This document shows, piece by piece, positions 13,330 through 27,199 of a stretch of 58,790 nt of DNA. Both the position numbers and the translations under genes were made by a program. The notes under the pieces are model-generated. The model was not told the DNA's origin, made no database searches, and worked only from the letters and a program-made list of their open reading frames with translations. The stretch comes from Reclinomonas americana ATCC 50394 (taxonomy: Eukaryota): positions 1 through 58,790 of the forward strand of contig PS015219.1 in the NCBI GenBank assembly GCA_048213135.1. Direction: 5' to 3'. Within the stretch, counting starts at the first letter, position 1, and each line of letters starts with the position of its first letter.

Positions 13330-16300
13330 ATGGACGAAGGTGCGCACCTTGCTCATTCACACTCCACCTGTTTTCTCTCTCTCTCTCTTCCTCTGCGCGC
13401 ACGCTCTCTCTCATACACACACTCACACATACGTACGCACACACGCACACAGAGGTGTACATTGAGGATGTGGAGTACATTACGTCGCATCCGGGCTCGG
13501 TGACCTCGCACACCGTGACACCTCCTCCGCCGGCTGCTGCTTCATCACCACTGCAGTCGCCTCCTGCGTCCTCTGCGGTATCCTCCTCCTCCTCCTCTAC
13601 AACAACAGCAACGACAGTGGCAGTGGCGGTGCCGAACGCACCTGTCGTTCCGCGCGGCCGACGACGCGCCTACTCTCCTGTGCTCGAAGACGGCTCGCCC
13701 ACCAACACACCCTGCACACCGCCCTCTCCTGCTCCGCTGGCACCAACGACCGCAGCCGCAGTCGTCTCGCCGACCAAAGCAGGTGGCGCGACGGCAGTTG
13801 CGGCGGCCGATGCGCTGCGGCCTCTTGTCACTCCACGCAGATTAGAAGATGGTGATGACGAGGATGGCTATAGTCGTGGTGGTGGTGGTGGTGGTAGTGG
13901 TACAGCAAACGGGCACGTGAAGCAGGCGTCTTCGTCGGCGGCGGCGGGGGATGATGATCGGTTTCAGCATCCACTGCATGCCGCTGCCACGGCGGCACTG
14001 CAGCAGCGCAAGCTGCGACCGCCCAACTACTTTGTGTCGGGGCACACCATCTCCACGCACTACAACTCCGACGCCGCCAGTCTGTGCATGAGGAGTCTGT
14101 CGGGTGAGGAAGGGATTCGAGGGTGCCGTGAATCGATGATTAGATCCCCTGACGATTTTGGTGTAGTGGAGCACGTGGGACCAGGCAAGGAGGGTCCGGT
14201 GCTCTTTGGCAACTCCAATCCCGACTTGCCGCAGTACGCACTGGCCTACGTGTTCAAACTGCGTGACGTGCAAGCTCGTGGCTTCCAGCGGTGGTTTGCG
14301 CTCATGGTGGTGGACGACAACTTTTCGAAACTGAGTTTTGCCTTCAAGCACATTGGAGGGTTGGTGTTTCTCTTTCTCTCTCACTTCCATTCTATATTTT
14401 TGCGCGAGAGTGCATTGTGGTAACCCCGAGAGCACAGCTATCTTGGTGAACTCGTCGGCGACATGAAGGAGCGCGCCAAGCACATTTTCCTCACGGAACA
14501 AGCGGGAGAGCAGGCACCTGCGGTGTACCAATCGTTCACGGCTGTTTCGTCTCTTGTGCTGGCTTGTGGTGTGGCGCTTCAGGTAAGCCATGAAACTCAC
14601 ATGCTTTCCGTGCAGGCCGCACGGCAGGAGATGCGTGACCAGCTGGCGTCGACAAAAGCGAGCGAGATGAATGGAACACACACACGCAATTCTTCACTGT
14701 TTGAAGGCGTGATTCCTCCATCGGTGCGTTCCCTCCCTCTCCCATGCCTTCTCTCTGCCTCGCACTCCGGTTGACTGCTGACGCGCGCGGCGCAGAGTCC
14801 ACGTGGACCGGACGAAGGCACTGCACCACCGCCCGTGCCACTCACGGCCAGCACCGGTAACCGCGGCTCCGAAACCGCCCGCCTGTCCACACAAGCGGTG
14901 CGCTCACAGCACGTGATGCGCGCTGCGGCACCCATCTCTGCTCGTTGCGTTTCATTCCGTCTTTCGAGAAGCACAGCGAATGGTGGTGGTGATGCAAGTA
15001 GGGCTGACGCGTGTGTGACCGGCCAACGTAGGTTCGTTTCACCGGTCGCGCTCGGTCGAGGCATTGAGACCACTCCCCAAGTTGCTGCGATTACCGGTGA
15101 GCGCGCGCAAAGTGTGACACAAGGAGGGTGGGAAGGGGAATTGCATGCAAGTGTATCTCACTGGTTGGCATGATGCGTGCACAGGACTTCTTCGCTCAGC
15201 TGCACGCGCGCCTGTCGTGGATTCTCCGTGTGTACATGGAGAGTGTGCTGCCTGCCGAGCTCTCTGTGGTCGATCAGGAGGATGAGGTTTGTCGCAGTGC
15301 AGTTTTTGTTGCGCCTGTGCTGTCAGTGGTTGAAACCATGGTGATGGTGGTGTTGGTGGCAGGTCGGCACATTCGAAAGAAGGATACCGCTGTGGAAACT
15401 GCGTCGATTCGTCAAGGAAGCCGATTTGCGAGTGATTTTGTACAATCTCGTGGTCGGCAAGCAGATCGTGGTGCGATGCAACAATCCGAGATTTGCCGAC
15501 ACGTTGGTGTCACTCTTCAAGGTGACACAGCCGCGCGTTCGCTGCCCAGCCGCCACTCACTCCTGACATGTGTCCGCTCACTGGTAGGTGATGATACCGG
15601 CGGCTTGCGCTCGAACCGGCACCTACACCGAGAAGTACCTGCCGCCATCCGAATGCAATCTGCTGTGCATCTCACACGACATTTCTGTCCCGCCGTCAAT
15701 GGTGGACAGCGGTGCGGCCGTGGTCATTGGTGAGCAGCTCCGACAGTGTGTATGTCGTGCACGAGTGTTTACTTCGCTACTCACCGTGAATGGCAGACGT
15801 CACGTCGCCGGAGGATGGGGAGGCTGCGGAGGACTTCCTGGTGATGCATCAGACTACGGTGCAAGATTGTCGACTGCTTACGCAGCTGCTCAAAGTGGCA
15901 GAGTTCTTTTGCAAAAAGTCACACGAACTGCGTTTGTTGTCGTGCATTCGCCGCGAGTGGCAGCAGTTGCGTCTTGTCAGTGCTGCAGTTGAGGCGGTGG
16001 CAGTTGCGGGCGGGTAGGCAACTGAGTGGTGCATTGCAGCAATGGACGGCGCTTCGTCGATCAAACAAGGTACCGAAAACGCTTGGGCGTGCCGGATCCA
16101 GAAACCGCCGCTGCCGAGTTCCTGCGTGTCGGCGCACAAGACGTGCCGGTGCTCAAGTTCTTTNNNNNNNNNNNNNNNNNNNNNNNNNNNNNNNNNNNNN
16201 NNNNNNNNNNNNNNNNNNNNNNNNNNNNNNNNNNNNNNNNNNNNNNNNNNNNNNNNNNNNNNNNNNNNNNNNNNNNNNNNNNNNNNNNNNNNNNNNNNNN

Positions 16301-16520
16301 NNNNNNNNNNNNNNNNNNNNNNNNNNNNNNNNNNNNNNNNNNNNNNNNNNNNNNNNNNNNNNNNNNNNNNNNNNNNNNNNNNNNNNNNNNNNNNNNNNNN
16401 NNNNNNNNNNNNNNNNNNNNNNNNNNNNNNNNNNNNNNNNNNNNNNNNNNNNNNNNNNNNNNNNNNNNNNNNNNNNNNNNNNNNNNNNNNNNNNNNNNNN
16501 NNGCCGCCCAGTGGAGATAG
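13330..16520 (+). CDS. FLCN: Folliculin (longin + DENN-like), multi-exon
   Basis: CMRSLSGE…PGKEGPVLFG…AYVFKLRDVQARGFQRWFALMVV and FFAQLHARLSWIL match folliculin motifs; ends …VLKFF/AAQWR* across the gap. Confidence 0.88.
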
Positions 16521-16729
16521 TGGCAGGAGTCAGTCACCGAGAGGAAGAGTGCAGATAAATGTGAGACTGAGGTCGTGTTTTGCAAAGCAGCAGTGCACGC
16601 ACAAACAGTTGAGTTCATTGTGGTACAGATTCGAGTGGATTGGTAGAGGCAGACAGAAAAAGAAGACAGATTGTTGCTACACATGCGAACAGGCAGAGTG
16701 AGATATTCGTGGGTTGGAGGATGTGAGAG

Positions 16730-18920
16730 CTACACATCGTCATCGCTCCAGGAGCGCGGCTTGCTCGCCGATTCAGAACTGTCGGGGCACCACGGCGTGC
16801 CGAAACCCGCCGGATCATTCTCCAGCTCTTCCACAGTGGGGCAGAACTGGGGTTGAGCAAATGGNNNNNNNNNNNNNNNNNNNNATCTCCATTACACGAA
16901 CGGAGCACGAACGATGATGGTGAGGGCGGCGGCGGCAGCAGTGCGACAGGTGGATCATCCACGATCTCCTGCTGGCGAAAGCTCGATACCGTCGGTGCGG
17001 CAGCACCACGGCGACGTGGCCGACTGCGAGTTTGGCGCTGCGCAACGGGTTCCTCTGCCGTTCTCGGTCTGGCCATTCGCTGTCTCCTACGCAATCCTGC
17101 ATAGCGGGGGTGCGTGTCCGGCAGATCCCTCTCGGCCTCCTGCGTGCAGCACCTCACACGTGTCAGCTGCATGCACACTATTGTCAGCGCAGCGTGCCAG
17201 CTCACCTCAATGGCATCAAAGTAGCGACTGCGCAGCTGCGCTTCCCATCGCACTCGCAGCATTGCGGCGATCGCTGCACGTTCGTGTGAATCGGCTGGCG
17301 AGCCGCATGCAGGTCGACGACATCGAATCGTGGCACTCACCCTTCGTTGCATTCAGGCGCTCTCCGGACCTGGCAAAGCCAACTTTCTCGTGGTTGGCCA
17401 GCTCGTTGAGGAGATTGTACAGCAAATTGCGGGGGACCTTTTCCATGGCACCCTGCGCACTGACATGTCTCAGCAGCGTTGCCTCACTACGAATTCACGG
17501 CGACGAGGAGGACAGAAGAAATATCGTCTGCCGGAAAGCATGGCAAAAAAGCAGAAACGACGGCGGGTGGCACGAGCAGACGACAGAAAAGAGTGTGTTT
17601 TTGACAGCATTTTGACGCAGAGTGTGTGACACATAAGCAGCAGAAGAATGAGCGAGAGCCAGCGCAGCAACAGCGAGAGTCGTGATCACAAACGAAAGGA
17701 GAAGCGACGACAGAGAGAAACTGCGACAGCGCAAGCTCCGTTCGTGTCCAATCCAGTGCCACACAAGCACAGCGGTGAGTGTCCAGGCAACAGCACAGGA
17801 GACCAGGAAGTGAGGACCGAGCCACAGTACCTCTCGGTACATGTGTCCGCTCAGCCAGCAGCACAGGCAGCAGCACCCCGGCAGAGACGATAGGAAAAGA
17901 TGACGAGTTTGGTGGACGACATGGCTCCCCAACGGTAAGAAGGAGGCCACCACACAGAGGCACGTGAAAGAAAGGAGTATGCATGCTGCTGTGCTGCCCG
18001 AGACCATAGATGCATAGAGTAGAGCCCAATTGGATCAGAGATAGACTCGAGGTGGGTGAGACATGGCATGTCCAAGTGCAGCGCCACGGTTCTCGCGCTC
18101 CGTGTGGTGAGGCACTTGGGTGTAGAGCACAGGGTGGGGAGAGGGGAGGCAATAGAGTGCGGGAGAATGCAGGGCAGCGGAGATACCGGGAAAAAAGAGT
18201 TGACGGCGACATGGCCACTACTAACAACTCACCCGTACGTGGCTGTACTTGGCGCCGTCGGACGTGACATTGAAAGTGCTGCAGCAGTAGAGAGGGGAGC
18301 AGTCAGGTCGCAGGGCTTCTCGGGGGCGGAGGGGCGGGCACATGAGCGAGCGAGCGAGGAGTGCGCGAGATCATGGTTGGCGATGTCGCACGCTCACTTG
18401 CGGAACACACGACACTCAGACAACGGCACAAAGCACACTAACCTAGTGAAGAGCAGCGTCCTCTCCAGGTCGCACGTCAGCGACTCGTAGAACAAGTCGG
18501 CCTGCGAGAGAGAACGAGAGAAACCAAAAGAGGGTGTTGCTGGATGAGAGGCCGAAAATCAATCACGGCACCACACCCCATACAGACAACAACGCTGACC
18601 TTCTCCACGTCGGTCTTTGCGGTGAAGCGCCTCACGACATACCCCAACGCATACGACTCAAACCAATGCTGAAAGTCGGGGTCGGTGGGCTGCACCTCTC
18701 GCACACGCGTACCGTCCACTGTGTCGGAGTCTGTGTCGGCCACCGCTGGCACTCTGTGTTGCAGAAGGAGGCCAGTCAGCAGGAGACGCTTCGCACGCGA
18801 ACATGCCCCACGCCCTGCCACCCCGCAGCCGCCACGAGCACGGGGGGAATACCGCTGCGCGTGTGAGTGAGTGGGTGTGCAAGTTATTGAATGGTACCTT
18901 GCGCGTGATGTCCGCGACAT
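16730..18920 (-). CDS. Hypothetical multi-exon protein
   Basis: Coding-like exons (DPDFQHWFESYALGYVVRRFTAK; ADLFYESLTCDLERTLLF; EKVPRNLLYNLLNELANHEK; …SWSDDDV*); middle exons unresolved, could be two genes. Confidence 0.45.
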
Positions 18921-19540
18921 TTTCCGCCCACTAGAGTTGCTGCGCTCCACTAATGCAAAGAGACAGACAAGAGAGACACACAAAGGGAGCGCGAGCGAGT
19001 CGTCCTCGCGCACGACGCGTCCCCCACACCAAAAAACATTCCGAAAAAGGAAAACGTGCAATGTCACCGAACACGGACACCGGATATCTGCGGCTTTGAT
19101 GTGCATCACGTGCTGGCTGCGGTGCAGAGTGGACGGTGGCTGGTGAACAGCAGTGCGCAGTACAACACACACCGCGCGCATGGTTCGTAAATGTTGTCCA
19201 ACAGTGTCCTGTTTCGCCCGTATTTGGCACGATTTAACGCGCGCGCAGCTGGCTGTCCATCGTGGTGGAGTCGATTGCACACCGGTACCAGACTTGCCAG
19301 TCACGAATCCAGGTCGTAGACTCGCGGAGGGCAAAGGTCACACGACACGCACCCTGATTTGATGTCGATATCACCTTGGCCAGTATGCATGGTGACCAAC
19401 TTCCGACGTCCTCAACCCTCACTGGCACACACCTGTGCATGCCACACAAGTGGTGCATTGCTCTTGTTGCTGCTCGCACCATGTAAGGAATGCATTGCAT
19501 TGTCCTCCAGGCTTGGCATCACCTTCAATCAAATCGCAAA

Positions 19541-22080
19541 ATGCGCGCCTTCCTCTGCCTCACTGTGTGTGTGGTGCTCGCCGTGGCCATTGCCACCGGT
19601 AACCTGTCCATGGCCGCCGCTCCGGGTGCTCGTGTAACAGTGCGTGTGTCCGTGTGTGTGTGTGTGTGCGAGAATGTGGTTCTTCCGTCCAACTCTCTCA
19701 CACATCCGCGGCTGTCCTCGTTCGCTTGCGCAGGTCACTGGCGCCGGCGTCAATCATGTGCTCTCGGTGTGTGTTTTCTTAAAGGGAGAGAGTGTGTGTG
19801 CGTGTAAAATCACTCACATTGTGGGTTCGGAGAATATAGGAGAGTCTTCCGGTGCTGCTCAAGCAGCTGCAGGTGTGTGTGTGTGTGTGTGTGTGTTGAG
19901 GTGTATGTGAGAGCGCGCGTTGTTGACAGACTCGTGCGCAGGACATTACCATTCCTGATGTGCACGGCAAGGCGGTGAGTGTGTGTGTGCGCGTGTGAGC
20001 GAGACGATGTGTGTTACTCATTCTCCTCCTGCTCTCTCTCTAACGCAGAACGTGGTCATTGGTGTGTATGTGCGCGCGCGCATGTGTGCTTGAGAATGCG
20101 CGGATTGATCACTTTCTTCCTCCAGGCGACATTTCGTACGACTTGACGCAGATTACGCTGCGAAACTTGCAGCTGCAGGCTGTCAGCGTCGGTCTCTCGG
20201 CGCCCAACAACATTCAGCTCGGCATCTCGGGACTGAGCTTGGAGGGAGACTTCCACTGGTAGAATGAGAGGTCGGAGAGACGTGAGAGAGCGCCACCCGC
20301 TGCTAATCCCCCGCATGTGTGCACAGGCATTACAGCACGTGGTTCGCCAGCGACAGCGGCACAGGTGCGTAGAACAAAGCCTCCTCTCTCTTTTCCTCCC
20401 GCCGCCACTGACTGTGCGCGTTGGTGTGTAGGCAAGCTGAACACCGACGGCTCCACCATGAGCTTCAACGTGGTCCTCGGCGCGGCCAATGGCGAGCCGA
20501 CGGTGCAGTGCACGGGCGGCAGCGTGTCGCTCAACGACTTCCACGTGAGCCTCTCCGGCGGCGCCTCGTGGCTCTACAACTTTATCGTCGGCCTCGTGCA
20601 GGGCGACATTAAGAACTCGGCGCAGGATGGTATCCGCGGCGCCGTGCAGCAGGTGATTTTGTTGGGTACCTTCTGTGTGCGTGCGTGTTGCTGACACTTT
20701 GGTGCTGCAGGCCATCAACTCGAACCTGGAGCACACCCTGAGCCAGCTGAGTCTCATTGCCAAGCTCGATCCGCATTGCAGCCTCGGTGACGTGCAGCTG
20801 AACATGCGCAAGTGATTGTGGATTGGCACTGAACGCGACCTCTCCCTTCTTTTCTACAGATTTCTCGATCCCCGCTGCCCCCGAGGTCAACAGTGTCTTT
20901 TGTTTCGTCTTCCAGCTGCTTTGTCTGCTCTTGGTCATGTTTTGCTCACATTGCGTGCATTACAGTCTCACTGCCGGCGCTTGGCGAATTCTTCGTCAAC
21001 GGCAACCGCACGCCGAGCCCCGGCACCCCCGGCGCTCTCCCCGACAGCCTGGGCACGCGCATGGCGCAGGTGTTCCTCTCCGAGTGGTGAGTGTTTTCAT
21101 AACTTCTCCCTGCGTCGTTGCATCTCATTCACAAGCGATATTGCAGGGTCGCCGACTCGGCTGGCTACGCGTACACCGAGGCCGGAGTGCTGGAGTACAC
21201 GCTGACGCAGCACGACATTCCCAGCAATATCCCCATTCAACTCAACACCACCACTTTCAAGGATCTGTTGCCGCCGTTCTACGAGATGTTCCCCAACCGC
21301 ACGTTTGAGATTGCGATCTCGGTGGATCCGAGCAACTTGCCGTTTGCCCACTTTACGCCAGCTGGTGAGTTCGCGAAGCTCTCGCTGTGTTCGTGCACAC
21401 GTGCACTCACCGTCATTCCCACAGGTGCCAATGTGACCGTGCAGGCGCTGCTGGACATTCGCCCCTTCAACGCGGACGGCAGCACCGTGTCGGCGTTTGT
21501 GCTGGGTGCGGAACTGGGTCTGGCCGGCTCGGCCACCATCAATGGGCAGATTATCCTGCCGGAGCTCACCTTTGGCACGCTGGCACTCACGCTCAAGGTA
21601 ATCGTATGCGGTTCGGTGTATATCTTGCACGCTTGACCTCACATTCTTGCTTGCAGTCGAGCATCATTGGCATCTTTGACGTGTCGAAGCTGTCGCACGT
21701 GGTGGGCCTCCTCTTCACCAACGTCGTCATTCCGTTTGTCAACCTGAAGGTCCGTTTTTCGCGTTACATGCGTGTGTGGAATCGCTGTCTGCTCACTAAC
21801 TTGCTTCCGCCACACACGCAGCTCAAGGAGGGCGTGCCGATCCCCATGGTCAACGGTTTGGCGCTTTCCCTCGACACTTACCTCGCCGAAGAAACTCACC
21901 CCCTCATCTATCTATGTGACAGGAGTGGCGTTCGTGAACCCATCCGTGACCTTTGGCACCGGCTACGTGGTCGTGGAGACCGATCTCAACTACGTGCCGT
22001 CGTCGTCGCCGGCCAAGGAGCTGGAAACTGTGCATGTGACGAACGAGCCGCTCCTGCAGAACAACCAGTGGCGCATGTGA
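19541..22080 (+). CDS. Secreted LBP/BPI/CETP (TULIP) family lipid-binding protein
   Basis: Signal peptide; DITIPDVHG, FHVSLSGGASWLYNF, SLDFSIPAAPEV, GEFF, RMAQVFLSEWVADSAGYAYTEAGVL, KEGVPIPMVNGVAFVNPSVTFGTGYVVVETD are typical BPI1/BPI2 motifs. Confidence 0.9.
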
Positions 22081-22274
22081 GACAAGAGAAACGTGCAGCC
22101 TTTGCGTTGGTGCCGAGGCGTCGCAGCTGACGGCGACGCCCGCGCACCCCGAGTTCCATCTGTTGTAGTTTTCCCGCAATGCATTGAACAACATTTGCAT
22201 TACGTCCTCCTCCGAACCCGCTCCGAGATTGACAGCGAGCGCAAGACAGCTTTCGTGTCTCCGCGTGCAATCCC

Positions 22275-23676
22275 ATGGGCAACTTTGTCTCCAAGTTTAT
22301 CGCCGACTGGGCACTGAGTTGAATCCCTCGTGCACGTGCAACTCAACTTCTGCACTCTTCACTTGCCACTCACTCTCACACTCTCTCTCTCGTAGTCACT
22401 CGCACGGACCCTGCTGCTCTCGGCGTGTTGGACAGACTCTTTTGCTACCCTGGACTGGTGCGTGCATGTGTGAAAGAGAGAGAGAGAGAGCGCGTGCGAG
22501 AGTATATATCAGTGCTGCAGTCAATCTCATTGCTGTTGCTGCTGCAGTGGGCGGTGTGGTGCCACCGAGTGATCCATGTCTTGTGGGAGATGGGATTGCG
22601 CTTCCTTCCACGCGTGCTCTCCACCCTCGTGCGCTTCTTCACCAACATTGAGGTACGGAGTGTGAGAGATTGAAAGAATGGGAGATCGCTTAGTGCGCTG
22701 CAGNNNNNNNNNNNNNNNNNNNNATCCATCCCGGAGCCAAGCTGGAGGGCGGAGTGTTCATTGATCACGGCAGTGGAGTGGTGATTGGTGAGACGGTGGA
22801 GATCGGCCAAGGATGCATCATCTATCAGGGCGTCACGCTCGGCGGTCTGTCTGTCTCTTCGTCTCTCTCTCTCTCTCCTCCATCGCCTTCCCCCCTCGCT
22901 GACTGGCTCTCGGGCGCAGGCACTGGCAAGGCCGGGCGTGGCAGGAAGCGCCATCCGACCCTCGGCAACAATGTGTTTATCGGGTCCGGAGCACGCTGCC
23001 TCGGCGATATCTTCATTCGCGACAATGTGCGCATTGGAGCCAACAGTGTCGTGATCAACGATGTCCCCGAAGGTTGTGGGGATGGGNNNNNNNNNNNNNN
23101 NNNNNNCGGGAGCAAAGAGGGAGAAGGGAAGAAGAGAGAGAGACAGAAAGGGAAAGGCTATCATCGATCCTGTCACTGTTTTGTCTTCTTGAGAAGGGCT
23201 CATTATAGCTATCTCTGTGTAGGATGCACGGTGGTCGGCATTCCGGGCCGAGCCATTCACCCGAAGCCACGAGAAACGGCTGTTGCGCTGACGGCGCCAC
23301 AGGCGGAGTCAGCGGCTTCACCGTCGACTGCCGTTGATGGAAGCGGCTCGGCGAAATCCGTGTCGCCTGCTCCGCCGCTGTCACCACCACAGCCGGCGAC
23401 TCGTGCCAAGTGCGACACTGATTATCCGGACATTGACCGACTGGCCATATCGAGATTAGCCGCCAGGGAAAGCGTTGCGTCTTTTTATGCACAAGCGTAG
23501 CGGGCCTGTGGGAGATGGCTGACTCTGTGTGTGTGCATCAGGACTTGCGTCGCGAGGTACTGGAGCTGAAGAGCGCACTGGGATATCGCGTGTCACTGCA
23601 ACCGCCCGAGTCCATCTCCATGCTGTTCAAGGAGGTGCACGACGACTCGCTTTTGATCGATGGCAGTGGGATCTGA
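22275..23676 (+). CDS. cysE: Serine O-acetyltransferase, bacterial CysE type, multi-exon
   Basis: DPAA…CYPGL, TNIEIHPGAKL…[13 protein letters not shown]…[11 protein letters not shown]…KRHPTLG…IGANSVV…TVVGIPGR; C-terminus …LIDGSGI*. Confidence 0.93.
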
Positions 23677-23737
23677 CGTGGCGCTACCATTGAAGCGAGC
23701 GCTGTGTGATGAGTTGGTGGTTGGTTGATTGCTGGTG

Positions 23738-25172
23738 TTACACTGAGGCGTCGCTCGAGTTGGCCTCCTCGTATGCCTTGGCCTTTTTTGGTGGCTTTCG
23801 AGGGATGCGCGCGGTGCTGGTCCCTGACGCGGACGGTGCGCCGACACCCGCGGCAAAGTTGGCGGCCACCTCAGCTGCTGAGGGTTTCTTCTTGGTGGTC
23901 GCTTTCTGCCGCACAGGTGTGAGAGACCTCGTCCAGCAACATAGAGAGAGGGAGAAAGGGGGGAGAGACGCACCTTGGGTTTCGTTGGGTTGCCCGAGAA
24001 CCAGTCGCGAGACAAGGCGTCGCAGTCGACTGCAAACTGGTTGATAATGTCGGAGGCCTCATCCCACGACAGCTTTTGCATGTTGAGGGTGAAGAACTGT
24101 GCGTGGGTGTCAGCACCAGCCGTACACGACGAGATGAGAGAGCACACGCACATTCCAGCACACGGGCACCGTGGAGAGCGGATCGTGTGGCACAGGCAGA
24201 CCGATCTTGACGCGCAAAATGTCTTGCTCCACTGCACGCACGCTCACAATAAGAACTCGCCTTCGACTGCACCACCACGAGTGCCACGCACAGTCTTCCC
24301 AGGCCTGGAAAAAGTTGCGCACGAGCGCCCCAAACGAGGAGTACGCCAGCGACTTGTACATGAGCGTCGGCCGACGACTCAGCCCGAGTGCGCCCCACGT
24401 ATCGTCGTGCCTCACCGCCAGCACAATGTGCCTGCACGAGCCTAGCTGTGTGAGAGAGGGAGAGGGGGAGAAGGCATCGCCCGCCTGCTGTGTCCTCACC
24501 GATACACCTGGCGACTGGCACGGATGCGCGTTTTGAACTTGAGTGGGATGCGACAGAGACCATCGAGGCCCTGCGTCAAGTAGCTGATCGCATGCACACA
24601 CACGCACGCGTCAACAACACGCCAGAGAGACAGAGAGTGTGACCACACAGACGCAACATGCCGAGGAACACCGCGTCGAGGCAGCGAATGGGCAAGCACT
24701 CGCGCACCATCTCCTTGGCCGTGTCAATGACGCGACTCAGTGGGCGATCGCGCTTGCGCAGCACATACCAGTTCTGCCCATCAATGTAGTTGTACTACAT
24801 CAACGCAGTCAGAGAGAGTGGAGAGAGAGAGAGAGAGTGGAGGGCAGAGAGTGAGACAACAAAACCTCCAGACTGCTAATGTACTTTTGCACCAGGCGCA
24901 GCTTATCGGCTGTCTTCCCGCGGCATCGCTCCAGATCGGGCAGCACAGGGCGTGGAGGCTAGGCACGCACACACAAGCGATCAAAAACACACGCCACGGA
25001 GAGAGAGAGCGAGCGCGCGAAAGGCATCACACACACAAACCGACGGGAAACGGTCGATCGCGGCCGTGATAAAGGGCGGGATGCACTCCCACACCAGTGT
25101 GCGTGGCTTCCCATTGCGCTTGTTCAGCTGCGTCAGCGTGCTCACACCATCGCCACGATACCCGCTTGCCAT
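23738..25172 (-). CDS. VASH: Vasohibin-family tubulin carboxypeptidase (detyrosinase)
   Basis: VQKYISSLEYNY, RPLSRVIDTAKEMVRECLPIRCLDAVFLGIYLT (catalytic Cys), YRHIVLAV (His), WGALGLSRR, VKIGLPVPHD. Confidence 0.92.
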
Positions 25173-25277
25173 CTCTGTAAAAACGAGCGGACGACGGGGT
25201 CGATGTCGACCTGCGATAATTTGCGCACACCCACACAATTGTTTTGATTGCAGAGAGAGCAAGTGCGCTGAGAGAGA

Positions 25278-25927
25278 ATGTTGATGTTGGAGTTCCCTGA
25301 CAGCGTGTCCATCTCGCTGATTGCTGCGCTGATTGGCGTGCTGTCCAACTTTATCGTCGGCAATGTGCGTGTGTGCAAAAAAACAAAGAGAGAAAGAGAG
25401 GCGCGTGCGCATTCACACTTACTCTCTCTCTCACACACACAGGTGTGGTACATGACATGGTCCACGCCGTTCCAGGAGAGCGCACAGCGCCTGCACAAGG
25501 TCTCCATGAAGGAGATCATGAAGACGTCCAACATGGGGTGCGTTTTTTGCGTGTGCATTCTTCCGCAGCTCGCTCGCACTCACTCTTACTCATTGCACGC
25601 AGTCTTGCCATGGGCTCTGCATCGCTGTTCGGCGCCATCATGTGCATCTGCCTCAACATGCTCTTCCAGCTCACCGAGCCCACCAACCTGTGCCAGTACA
25701 TGAGCATCGCCTTCCTTGTTGCGTCTCACTCTCTCTCCGCTCGCACTCGCTCGCGAGACTGACTCGCTGTTTCCCAGGCGTTTGCCGGCTTCAAGCTGTC
25801 CAACTTCCCGCACTACGCGTTTGTGCAGGTGCCGCTGCAAATGTACTTTATCGACATGGGTCACGAGTTGCTGCAGAGCCAGCTGATGGCCGTCGGTCTC
25901 TTCATGGCTCGAGCCTACATGGCTTGA
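25278..25927 (+). CDS. Small 4-TM protein, DUF1761-like
   Basis: AALIGVLSNFIVGNVWY…PF and HYAFVQVPLQMYFIDMGHELL resemble DUF1761 patterns. Confidence 0.7.
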
Positions 25928-26043
25928 TTCCTCTTTCCTTTCTTTCCTCCCTCCTCCTCTTCCTTCACTGCTCGTTTCTCTTTCTCGAGCACGCAATGAA
26001 CTATGCAAGAAGAAGTCACTGTCGTCCTGCTGTTGTTGTCGTG

Positions 26044-27170
26044 ATGAATGCCGGCGAGTGGGTGCGTTCTCTCTCTCTCCCTCTCTTGACTGAGAGGCGA
26101 TGCTCATGCGACGTCTGCGCGTAGGGCACTCGGTTGCTGTCGTGGGTGGTCGGGCCTGGCGTGGTGCTGACCTCGGTGCTGGCGCTTGTCAACTTGTATG
26201 CGCACGACAATGCATGCATGCAAAGAATGCGCGTGTGTGACTCCTTTATGTGTGCGTGTGACTCTGTGCACAGGACGCAGCGTGGACGCGAGGGTGGCGA
26301 TGATGCGCCTGCTGCTGCGGCGGTGAGTGATGATGCAGGCAATGTGACGCGACGTGCATCGATCGCCGATGCAGGCGACAGCAGCAGCAGCGATCCGTCG
26401 TCGCGCTTGTTGGGTGCACTGGGAGGTCTGTTGGCATGTCGGCGAAAGCTGTCTGCGATCGCGCTTGTTTTTGGCTCAGCAGCGTGGGGGCAGAACCACC
26501 GGAGCGGCATGTTCTCGTGCGAGAATCGATGCCACAAGCGCAAGTCGAGCGTGTCCGGCCGCCCGGTGGCTATCTGGATCGCGACATTGGTGTGTTGCTA
26601 TTGTGTTGTGGCTGGATGCTCTCGCTAATGCATACCGCAGCCTTCGTCAGCGGGGAGACCGACATGCCGCTGTCGGTGTACGAGAGTCCGCTCATGCACG
26701 CGTTTCGCCGCTTCAAGCGCATGAAGCAGGTGGATCGACGCGACAGCTACTACGTGGTGTGGCGGCAACGGCGGTCGTGGTTGGCGAGAAGACGGCAGCC
26801 GTCGCAGTTGTCGTCGTCGTCGGGAAGCAGCTTGCCGGCCACGGCGGCGGCACACGATCGGTGCGAGTGACACCAATGTGACACAAAGCGACTCTCTGTT
26901 CTCATGCCCCTCCCTCCTCGCGATAGGTCGTCGTACAAGAGCGTATTGCCGCCAGCGAGATCGACTGCCGGTGAGGATGACGGTGAGGACGACGACAGCG
27001 ACGACGATGAGCAGGAGGTTTGGTTGATGTACGGACGCGGACCGGTGTTCATGCCGCACGAGGCGCAGCAGCAGCGATCGGCAGACGGGAGAGCTGTCGA
27101 TATGCGATGGAGGCCACTGGATACGGAGATTGATGACGACGACGACGACGACGACGGTGGTGTTGGGTGA
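26044..27170 (+). CDS. Hypothetical protein with N-terminal TM segment and acidic tail
   Basis: Phase-consistent exons ending …DDDDGGVG* at 27170; no family recognised. Confidence 0.55.
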
Positions 27171-27199
27171 AGGAGTTCCTCGTTTCTGTTTCATCATCA

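Noticed and set aside
20780-20860. Apparent non-GT donors in the BPI and VHPO genes
   Set aside because: Resolved by slightly upstream GT donors that restore frame and homology.
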